Part shown: piece by piece, positions 1 to 8,329 of the stretch
Layout: each line of letters opens with the position of its first letter
Numbering within the stretch: the first letter of the stretch is position 1
Assembly (NCBI GenBank): GCA_030141605.1
Contig: JAQGDQ010002439.1
Span: forward strand, 1-37,077
From: Tubiluchus corallicola
Taxonomy: Eukaryota > Animalia > Priapulida
Direction of reading: 5' to 3'
DNA length: 37,077 bases
Program-made: the position numbers and the translations under genes
Notes under the pieces: model-generated
What the model was told of the DNA's origin: nothing
Seen by the model: the letters and a program-made list of their open reading frames with translations, nothing else
Databases searched by the model: none

Positions 1-16
1 CTCTTGTCATAAAACC

Positions 17-1741
17 TTATCTCTGCCCGGAGCGAATGTGAATGTCGCGTACGTCCATCTGCACATACGATTTGCCGCGAAACTCATTCTCAGATATCAC
101 GTAGCAGATATTAAAAGGCAGTGACTTCTTTATCGTTTCAAAATGCTCTGACTGCGAAAAAGCAATTCCCGCAAATACAGTAGAAGAGCTATTGGCCTCT
201 ATCAAATCCAGTTTTAAATGCTTATTTCCTTGCCCCACTAAACGACTGTTGCCGGAATCCATAACATCCTCCGTTATAAACACAGGCCTCATATTGCCTG
301 GCCCGAAAGGCTCAAACTGCCTCAGTATGCGAAAAAACTTAGGGGTCAGGTCTGACAGTGATACTTTTGCATCAACTTCTATCCTTTGGGTCAACTGATG
401 CTTCTCTATATTATCTTCCACAAATTTTTCAAACCTTATCTTAAACTCAGGTAGGTGCTTAAGCTTCAGTGATAGTCCCGCCGCATACATATGCCCTCCA
501 TATGAATCCAGTAGCTCGGAGCAGGAATCAATGGCTTCATACAGATCAAACCCATTAACTGTACGTGCCGAACCTGTAGCCACACCATTCGACTCTGCCA
601 AAACTACAGTGGGACGATAGTAATATTCTGTTAACCGCGAAGCAACAATTCCCAATACACCCTTATTCCATCCTGCCTTGTGCAGAACTGTTGATTTTTT
701 GTACTGAAGCTCATTGCAACTATCAAGCATTTCCCGCGCTTCCTCAGTAATGCTCCTATCAAGTGCTTTTCTGGCTTCATTGCACAAATCTATCTCTTTC
801 CCTATTGCAGTAGCCCTGCCCTCATCCTCTGCCAGAAGCATCTCTACAGATTTTTTCCCATGTTTGATTCGACCAGAGGCATTTAGGCGAGGTCCTATTC
901 TAAATACGATATCATTTATCTTTATGCGGCTGTTTATTCCTGACTGTATTATCAGAGCCTTTAATCCAACCGACGGATCAGAATTTAATTTCTTCAAACC
1001 ATAATAAGCCAGCACTCTATTCTCCCCTGTGATAGTGACAATATCAGACGCTATACTTACTACTACCAGGTCAAGAAAGTTTAAAAATACCTCCTCCGGG
1101 ATATCCCGCCTTATACAAAAAGCCTGCAGTAGTTTAAAAGCCACACCACAACCCGACAACTCTTTGTATGGGTATTCGCATCCGGGTTGTTTAGGATTTA
1201 ATATTGCAACAGCATTAGGCATTTCATCCCCTGGAGTATGATGATCGCAAATTATTACATCAACCCCAACACTATTTGCCTGTGCAACTTCACCCACCGC
1301 TTTTATACCGCAATCAAGTACAATCATAAGCGAATATCCATTCTCCTTTGCAAACTCAACCCCCTTTAATGAAACACCATACCCCTCAGTATAGCGATCA
1401 GGAATATAATATCCAATATTAGAAACTTTATCTTTCAGAAATGTGTACATCATGGCAACCGATGTGATTCCATCAACATCATAGTCACCAAAAACTAACA
1501 CTTTCTCATTACCTTCAACAGCTTTTTGAATACGCCAAACAGCCTTCTCCATCTCTTTCATTAAAAAAGGGTCGTGAAGATGTGTAATTTCGGGACGAAA
1601 AAATGAGCGGGCCTCATCAAATGTCCTCACTCCACGGTGAACCAATAGATTGGCAATAGCAATATCAATATTCAATGCAGCAGAAAGATGCTTGGCATCA
1701 TTGCCACCCTCCACCTGTTTTAACTCCCACTCCTTATGCAT
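17..1741 (-). CDS. recJ: single-stranded-DNA-specific exonuclease RecJ
   Basis: 574 aa; DHH-family motifs GDYDVDG, LDCG, DHH, GGHMYAAG and the C-terminal EPFGPGN. Confidence 0.96.
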   Translation of the reverse strand: MHKEWELKQVEGGNDAKHLSAALNIDIAIANLLVHRGVRTFDEARSFFRPEITHLHDPFLMKEMEKAVWRIQKAVEGNEKVLVFGDYDVDGITSVAMMYTFLKDKVSNIGYYIPDRYTEGYGVSLKGVEFAKENGYSLMIVLDCGIKAVGEVAQANSVGVDVIICDHHTPGDEMPNAVAILNPKQPGCEYPYKELSGCGVAFKLLQAFCIRRDIPEEVFLNFLDLVVVSIASDIVTITGENRVLAYYGLKKLNSDPSVGLKALIIQSGINSRIKINDIVFRIGPRLNASGRIKHGKKSVEMLLAEDEGRATAIGKEIDLCNEARKALDRSITEEAREMLDSCNELQYKKSTVLHKAGWNKGVLGIVASRLTEYYYRPTVVLAESNGVATGSARTVNGFDLYEAIDSCSELLDSYGGHMYAAGLSLKLKHLPEFKIRFEKFVEDNIEKHQLTQRIEVDAKVSLSDLTPKFFRILRQFEPFGPGNMRPVFITEDVMDSGNSRLVGQGNKHLKLDLIEANSSSTVFAGIAFSQSEHFETIKKSLPFNICYVISENEFRGKSYVQMDVRDIHIRSGQR

Positions 1742-1932
1742 ATAAATTATTGTATATCATCCACATTTAAATAAGCAACTCATAAAAAATTAAACTACCA
1801 AACTGCTAACACCTGTTAGTGCACCTTACTCAAACATGGTATTATCTATCAAAATTTCATAATGTACTGCTTTCGGTAGTTATTCATACCCCTTAGGTAG
1901 AATTGATAAAAACTCACCATTTGAGTACAATC

Positions 1933-3258
1933 TTATATAAACCAGTTAATCATCTGTTCAAAAAGCTCTTGCTTTCCACTGACCTGTGCAGGCTCACCCA
2001 CTTCTTTGGCAATCTTATGAAGGTCTTCAAATGATAACCTGCCATTCTCAAAATCAACTCCACTACCGCTATCATATGATGAATAACGCTGCTTACGACG
2101 CTCTGTGTAATCCGACTCCGCCATTAGGCTGTCTGCAACAAGTAGTGCGCGGGCAAAAACATCCATCCCGGTAATATGAGAAATAAAAATGTCTTTGAGG
2201 TCAGTGGAGCTTCTACGGGTTTTTGCATCAAAGTTTATACCGCCATCTGAAAATCCCCCAGCCTGTATAATTTCAAGCATTGCCTCAGTTACCTCATATA
2301 TGTTGGTAGGAAACTCGTCAGTATCCCACCCATTCTGATAATCTCCCTTATTGGCGTCAATAGACCCTAACAGTCCGGCATCAGCAGCCATACGCAGCTC
2401 ATGTGCAAAAGAGTGCCCTGCCAGCGTAGCATGATTAACCTCAATATTCAACTTAAAGTCTTTATCAAGTCCATACTGGCGCAAAAACCCAATAACAGTC
2501 TGTGAATCAAAATCATACTGATGCTTTGTTGGCTCCATCGGCTTAGGCTCTACAAGAAATACTCCCTCGAACCCCTGCCTACGCGCATAATCGCGCGCCA
2601 TAGTAAGGAAACGCCCCATGTGCTCCAGTTCACGCTTCGTATCGGTATTATGAAGGCTACTATACCCTTCACGCCCTCCCCAAAACACATAACCTGTCCC
2701 ACCCAGAGCAATTGTGATATCTATCGCATTCTTAACTTGTACTGCCGCATTTGCCAGCACATTAAAATCCGGATTTGTGGAAGCTCCGTTCATATACCTC
2801 GGATTTGAAAATACATTGGCTGTACCCCACAGTAGCCTGACCCCTGACGCACTCTGGCGGGCTTTCATCTCAGGCTGAATTGCATACATGCGCTTTTCGA
2901 TATCGAAGACAGTGCCGTCCCCCACTATATCTGTATCATGAAAGCAGTAGAACGGAATACCTATCTTTGTTATAAATTCAAATGCCGCATCCAGCTTCTC
3001 TTTAGCCAAATCCATTGGATCGGAGGCACTGTTCCACGGAAAAACCTTTGTCCCAGGACCAAAAGGATCACCCCCTTCCCCACAGAATGTATGCCAGTAA
3101 GCTACAGCAAAGCGTAAATGCTCCTTCATCGTTTTTCCGGCAACAATGCGATCTTCTTTATACCATTTAAAAGCCAGCGGATTTCTCGATTCAGGGCCCT
3201 CAAACTCAATTTTTCCTACGCCCGGGAAGTACTCCTTATTTCCTTTAAATACACTCAT
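1933..3258 (-). CDS. xylA: xylose isomerase (class II)
   Basis: 441 aa; [54 protein letters not shown]. Confidence 0.98.
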   Translation of the reverse strand: MSVFKGNKEYFPGVGKIEFEGPESRNPLAFKWYKEDRIVAGKTMKEHLRFAVAYWHTFCGEGGDPFGPGTKVFPWNSASDPMDLAKEKLDAAFEFITKIGIPFYCFHDTDIVGDGTVFDIEKRMYAIQPEMKARQSASGVRLLWGTANVFSNPRYMNGASTNPDFNVLANAAVQVKNAIDITIALGGTGYVFWGGREGYSSLHNTDTKRELEHMGRFLTMARDYARRQGFEGVFLVEPKPMEPTKHQYDFDSQTVIGFLRQYGLDKDFKLNIEVNHATLAGHSFAHELRMAADAGLLGSIDANKGDYQNGWDTDEFPTNIYEVTEAMLEIIQAGGFSDGGINFDAKTRRSSTDLKDIFISHITGMDVFARALLVADSLMAESDYTERRKQRYSSYDSGSGVDFENGRLSFEDLHKIAKEVGEPAQVSGKQELFEQMINWFI

Positions 3259-3352
3259 AATATTTTATAATTAATTTGATTAGCTTTCTTGTATATAACT
3301 ATTTCGACTCTTCATATATCTATTATAAAATAGCCGGTACAGGACAAAATAT

Positions 3353-4834
3353 TCACCTCTCAGCTAGTAACTCTTCCCACGCCATATATGCATCTTCAGT
3401 TGCCCTCTTTTGTCGCTCCAAAGGCTCCACAACCTCCAGCCTGCTCAATCCCGCAAGTGCCTCTTCAAATGAAGAGTAGTACCCTACTCCAATACCGGCC
3501 CCACGTGCAGCACCAGCAGCCCCATCTGTATTGTACAACTCTATAACTGTACCAGTAACATTGGCCAGCGTCTCCCTAAATATAGGACTTAAAAACATAT
3601 TGGCCTTTCCTGCACGTATCACTTTAGAGCACACCCCTATACTCTTCATCACCTCCATACCATACTTAAAAGAAAAAGCGATACCCTCCTGGGCAGCACG
3701 AAATAGGTGCCCCTGCTTGTGAGTGTTAAAATTAAGCCCGGAAATATGCGCACCCATATTGTGATTCCCCAACACACGCTCCGCTCCATTTCCAAAAGGG
3801 AGAATTGATACCCCCTCCGAACCAACTGTAACCTTAGCAGCCTCACTGTTCATCCTTTCGTATGAAAAGGCTCCGTTGCCAACATTCTTATTCAACCACG
3901 AATTCAATATTCCGGTACCATTGATACACAGCAAAACCCCTAGACGTATACTATCCACAGTGTGGTTGACATGTGCAAAGGTGTTTATCCTCGACTCTGA
4001 ATCGTACTTCACAACATCACTCACTCCATATACAACTCCCGATGTGCCTGCCGTTGTTGCAATGTCGCCGGGGTTAAGCACATTTAATGAGAATGCATTA
4101 TTTGGCTGATCTCCTGCTCTGTAAGATATCGGAGTACCAGCTTTAAGCCCAAGCTCACTAGCAGCAGCTCCTGAAACTCCCCCCTGAATACTAAAGGTCT
4201 CTCTTATCTCCGGTATCAGCCCATCTTCAAAACCATAGTAACCCATTAGCCTCCCCGACACCTTATTTTTCCCGAAATCCCAAAAAATACCTTCTGATAA
4301 TCCCGAAGCGGTAGTGCAAACCTCTCCTGTAAGACGCATGGCTATATAATCCCCAGGAAGCATTACCTTGTATATCTTATCAAAAAGCTCAGGTTCATTA
4401 TCTTTTACCCACTTCAGCTTTGAAGCCGTAAAATTGCCCGGTGAATTCAATAGCTCCACAAGACAATTATCCTCACCCATACCCTCAAACGCCTTTTGCC
4501 CAATCTCTGCCGCACGGCTATCACACCATATAATAGAAGGACGCAATACACTTTGCTCTTTATCTATAACCACTAACCCATGCATCTGATAGGATATGCC
4601 TATTGCGCCAATATCCTCCTTCTTTACAGCCGAAGTAGCAACAGCTTCCCTTGTCGCAAATACCAGACTCTTCCACCAGGTCTCAGGATGCTGCTCTGCC
4701 CACCCAGGGTTGTCCGCAATAATACCCATCTCCTGCTTAGGATAAAAGGAAGAACCCACAACCTCTCCACTCTCTCCATTCAAAACTGAAGCTTTCACAG
4801 AAGAGCTTCCTATATCAAGGCCGAGCAAAAACAT
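3353..4834 (-). CDS. xylB: xylulokinase (FGGY family)
   Basis: 493 aa; LGLDIGSSSVK, EQHPETWW, ISYQMHG, IIWCDSR, RAGDQPNNA; directly upstream of xylA. Confidence 0.93.
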   Translation of the reverse strand: MFLLGLDIGSSSVKASVLNGESGEVVGSSFYPKQEMGIIADNPGWAEQHPETWWKSLVFATREAVATSAVKKEDIGAIGISYQMHGLVVIDKEQSVLRPSIIWCDSRAAEIGQKAFEGMGEDNCLVELLNSPGNFTASKLKWVKDNEPELFDKIYKVMLPGDYIAMRLTGEVCTTASGLSEGIFWDFGKNKVSGRLMGYYGFEDGLIPEIRETFSIQGGVSGAAASELGLKAGTPISYRAGDQPNNAFSLNVLNPGDIATTAGTSGVVYGVSDVVKYDSESRINTFAHVNHTVDSIRLGVLLCINGTGILNSWLNKNVGNGAFSYERMNSEAAKVTVGSEGVSILPFGNGAERVLGNHNMGAHISGLNFNTHKQGHLFRAAQEGIAFSFKYGMEVMKSIGVCSKVIRAGKANMFLSPIFRETLANVTGTVIELYNTDGAAGAARGAGIGVGYYSSFEEALAGLSRLEVVEPLERQKRATEDAYMAWEELLAER

Positions 4835-5373
4835 AATTTAAACAAGTTTATTAAAAAACAATCTATACTATCCAGTAGACTTATAGACCCTCACCGTAAA
4901 AAAGCGACAAACTCAAAACAGACTCTGCAGCGTATTACGCCAGAGATGGCCTACCTACGCAAAAGTTATATCTTCGGTAAAAGAAGGTGGAAATTAAAAA
5001 AAATAGAGGGAATTTGAAACATTGCCAATGCAAAATGGCATATATTTAATAATGCAGCTATGAAACATTAAACAATAAACACATGTTAAAACTATGACTA
5101 CTAAAAAAATGTGTGACATTTTAAGAACCTAAAGTAAAGTGGGGGAATGATGACTTTACAAATACAACATTAACAAAAGTATCCATAAACCGCTCCAAAA
5201 CTCATATATTACGTGTGAAAAAATAAACCCTATAAGATTCCAGCAGAGTAAAGAAGTAAAAAAATGGCAGTTGGCAATTCTAATATTAAAGGATAAGTAT
5301 TTTCCACCTCTTTTTTTAAACAGTCACCCCTTAAGAATTAATTTTTGTTGAGATAAAAGTTTACTATTTGTAT

Positions 5374-5600
5374 ATTTTGACCTAGAATGCAATAAACCCC
5401 TCCAGAGGCTTAAAAAAAATGTACAGTTCGTATTGGCGATTATATAGTTGTTTGAAGTAGTATTCTCTTGATACAAAAGAGCCAAAAATCAAGTCTGTAA
5501 AGGCCGTTTTTCTATTTCGCAGAGTTTGTTAGGTTCATCTGATTTTGATTTGACGATTTTCCTATCTTAACCTGCAAGGCTTTGCACGGAATTTACAATA
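5374..5600 (-). repeat. interspersed non-coding element, copy A (inverted, lacks central hairpin module)
   Basis: Reverse complement aligns to 7833-7915 and ~8099-8217 (e.g. TTCCGTGCAAAGCCTT...ACAAACTCTG and AATACGAACTGTACA...AAGCCTCYGGAGG...GTCAAAA) and to copy C. Confidence 0.85.
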
Positions 5601-5605
5601 TAACC

Positions 5606-5646
5606 CTTAAAAAGCCGTGCTGCACGAAACAACACGACTTTTTAAG
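5606..5646 (-). terminator. rho-independent terminator of the LRR pseudogene
   Basis: Minus strand AAAAAGTCGTGTTG-loop-CAGCACGGCTTTTT; stem with G-U pairs and a short U tract ~25 nt after the stop at 5670. Confidence 0.65.
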
Positions 5647-5669
5647 TTCATAGTTTACTTTTTCTTCTA

Positions 5670-6412
5670 CTAAGGGCAGTCTGCAGCAGGGTGATATTTA
5701 ATAGGACGGCTTTGGGTTCCATCCCAATAGTAGCAATTGATAGGGTTTAACTCTACAATAGAAGGTTCACACTTTATATCTTCATCTACATGCAGTGTAC
5801 TTAAGTTTGTATTATTACTTACATCCAAGCTCGTAAGATCGTTATCCCTGCAACTCAACACAGCTAATGCTGTATTATTACTCACATCCAAACTCGTAAA
5901 GTTGTTGTCATAGCAAGCCAACATAGTTAAAGTGGGTTATTACTTACGTCCAAACTCGTAAGGTTATTGCCATAGCAACCCAAATCAAACAAGGTTGTAT
6001 TATTACTTATATCCAAGCTCGTAAGATCGTTATCCCTGCAACTCAACACAACTAATGCTGTATTATTACTTACATCCAAACTTGTAAGATTGTTCTCATA
6101 GCGAGAAACCCTCCAAAGAGGTCAAAAACTATATCCCATCTAAAGAATCAATGTTCTTGCCACATACATCTATAGAAGCGGCAGCCAACACATCCGCATG
6201 GTCTGCTGTCAGACTATCATTGAGGGTGAAAGCAATTAGGGAACTTACCTTTTTTAGTGCAAGCCTAAAATTAGCATCTGGCACCCTAAAAAGACTATTG
6301 CCAGTTTTCAGTCGAGGGTTATCACTTTCCACCCCCTACCTTCCCCATCCCATTACAGAGACTGGCAAATAGCATAACTGCCAGAAATATAGCTACACTT
6401 AATTGTTTAAAT
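5670..6412 (-). pseudogene. leucine-rich repeat (21-aa, LTSLDVSNNTALxxLxCxxN type) surface protein, pseudogene
   Basis: Fragments join into a signal-like segment (LFKQLSVAIFLAVMLFASLC), a VPDANFRLAL...IDSLDGI cap and five LRR units; in-frame TAG at 6129-6131, frameshifts near 6340, 6105 and 5935; no start codon, which would lie at the IS1595 remnant. Confidence 0.85.
5812..6105 (-). repeat. 63-bp tandem repeat encoding LRR units
   Basis: Units start at 5812, 5875, 5937, 6000, 6063 (TTATTACTYAyrTCCAArCT...); unit 2 is 62 bp; units 1 and 4 are near-identical. Confidence 0.9.
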
Positions 6413-6462
6413 AAGCGGTTTTACCCACACATTTTACTATAAGTTTTTATCTTTACAATACT

Positions 6463-6864
6463 ATGACCCTTGTAAGCCTTATATCTCACTATCCGGACGA
6501 AGAGAGTTGTAAGCACAAGTTTAAAGAAGATCAGGCAGGAGTCATATGTGTCAGATGCAGAGGAATATCTCACTACTGGAAAGGCACAGCATGAGTGTAA
6601 GAATTGTCACACTAGCACAACCTTGAGAGTGGTACAATCATGTATAAGTCGAAGCTACCATATCACTATTGGTTTCTCACAATGCATTTGTTAACTTCGA
6701 CAAAAAAGAGTTTCTCAGCCCGAAAAGGTTCAGCGTCAGCCGTGGCGCAAGCGCTATGTCCTGATTTGGCACATGGATCACAGGCTTTTCGGGAGGCTAT
6801 GTGTAAACAATTGGCAGCTCCTGTGAGTAGTAAAAATGCATTTAGTTGTAAATACGGATAATCA
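6463..6864 (+). mobile_element. IS1595-family (ISXO2-like) transposase remnant with internal deletion
   Basis: Frameshifted reading from ATG 6463: HYPDEESCK...GVICVRCRGISHYWK...ECKNCH..TTLRSGTIMYKSKLPYHYWFLTMHLLTSTKKSFSA..VQRQ..REAM (Zn-ribbon N-terminus), fused directly to a tail VSSKNAFSCKYG*; no DDE core. Confidence 0.8.
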
Positions 6865-6882
6865 CCAAATTTATATAAGCTG

Positions 6883-7695
6883 ATGAAAAGATGTATAAGT
6901 ATTAAGATTATTGCTTTTATGTTTGGAGCAGTATTGCATGGACCAGCATGGACAGCAAAAGGGCAAAATGCCGATAGCACTTTTAACAAAAGTGTCTATG
7001 TAACAGGAGTTGTTTATGACAAAACAACAATGCTGCCACTCTCCCAATCCGGATTTACAATAAATAACAGGTTAACAGGAACATCTGATAATGAGGGCAG
7101 GTTCTTTCTCTCGGGGAAGCCCGGAGATCTGATCAGGTATACCCATATAGGGTACAAAGAGGTAGAGATAACTCTTCCTGTTGATACATTGGACACCATG
7201 GAGTACCTTATGGGCATATTTATGTCTCAGGACACAATGCAAATTGATGAAATAGTTATATTTCCGCGTATACCATATCACCTATACACAGAAGTCCAAA
7301 ATATTCCCCCATCGACACAAATGGCAGACAATGCCAGAAATAATATTAATAATGCAGTTATGCAGGGGCTTACTAAATCGCCAAAAGTGTTTGATGCTGA
7401 CATGAATGCCAGGAATACTTTTCAGAAGCATGAGGTACGTGCTGAGTACAGTGGCTTTAGAGCTAACCCCTCCAACTCTTTAATGATATCAAGCTCCCCT
7501 TACAGCTCAAATAGGACATATTCCGTGCTATATGGTGCACCGGTAGTTGTAGGAAAGATGCAATCAAAACAGATAGTAACAACGAATGAAAAAGATATTA
7601 TAATAGGAAGGTATCAAGCATTCCTGATAAAAAAGTACAATCTCGAAAAGAGAAAGAGAGAGAAAGATGTAAGACTAAAAGCCGACGACTACTAA
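6883..7695 (+). CDS. secreted protein with carboxypeptidase-like regulatory (CarboxypepD_reg-like) domain
   Basis: 270 aa; signal peptide, then VTGVVYDKTTMLPL...GTSDNEGRFFL...IRYTHIGYKE...IDEIVI, the typical Bacteroidota CarboxypepD_reg pattern. Confidence 0.75.
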   Translation: MKRCISIKIIAFMFGAVLHGPAWTAKGQNADSTFNKSVYVTGVVYDKTTMLPLSQSGFTINNRLTGTSDNEGRFFLSGKPGDLIRYTHIGYKEVEITLPVDTLDTMEYLMGIFMSQDTMQIDEIVIFPRIPYHLYTEVQNIPPSTQMADNARNNINNAVMQGLTKSPKVFDADMNARNTFQKHEVRAEYSGFRANPSNSLMISSSPYSSNRTYSVLYGAPVVVGKMQSKQIVTTNEKDIIIGRYQAFLIKKYNLEKRKREKDVRLKADDY

Positions 7696-7739
7696 CCTTA
7701 TTTACAAGGCTATACAAACACAGACAGCAATATTCTATA

Positions 7740-8217
7740 TAGCCCACTCCTTAAATCAATCCTAATGTATTTAATATCAACAATATAAAACTGAAAACTT
7801 AGCGAATTATTGTGTCCTAAACTGCAAGGATTATTGTAGCTTCCGTGCAAAGCCTTACAGAGTAAAATAGGAAAATCATCAAATCAGAATCAAATGAACC
7901 TTACAAACTCTGTAACTACCCCCTTTAAGGCCTTTGATAGAAAGACAGTGAAAGGCGTTTTAAAAAAAACTTTTCACTGTTTGAGTCTTTTTTAAAACGG
8001 CGAGCTTTTGAGAAGATCATGAAGCCGACAGCGTGGTTTCTCATCAAAAGCACTTACAAATTTAATCTTGGGCTCGACAAAAGGGCGTAAATAAAACCCT
8101 TTACATCCTTGATTTTACCTCTTTTGCACTACCTCAAAAACAACTGTATAATCGTCAATACGAACTGTACACTTTTTTTTAAGCCTCCGGAGGAGTTTAT
8201 TGCACTCTAAGTCAAAA
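7740..8217 (+). repeat. interspersed non-coding element, copy B (most complete, ~480 bp)
   Basis: Co-linear with copy C over 7740-8105 and with reverse-complemented copy A; central imperfect hairpin 7933-8048. Confidence 0.85.
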
Positions 8218-8329
8218 ATGACTCGTCCTAAAAAAAGGTTACAGGTTAACTCTTAATCCTAGTTTATGTTTACAGCTTCTCTTCATTTTTACACGTTTTA
8301 GTGTAAACCTATTTTAGGACAAGACACCT

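Noticed and set aside
5812-6105. CRISPR-like periodic repeat
   Set aside because: The period is 63 bp (21 codons), it translates to LRR units, the would-be spacers are homologous to each other, and no cas genes are present
6666-6989. 107-aa minus-strand ORF
   Set aside because: Antisense to the IS1595 remnant and the 6883 gene
7795-8217. Terminal inverted repeat ACTTAG/CTAAGT for element copy B
   Set aside because: Only ~6 bp match, and B/C homology extends ~55 bp further left
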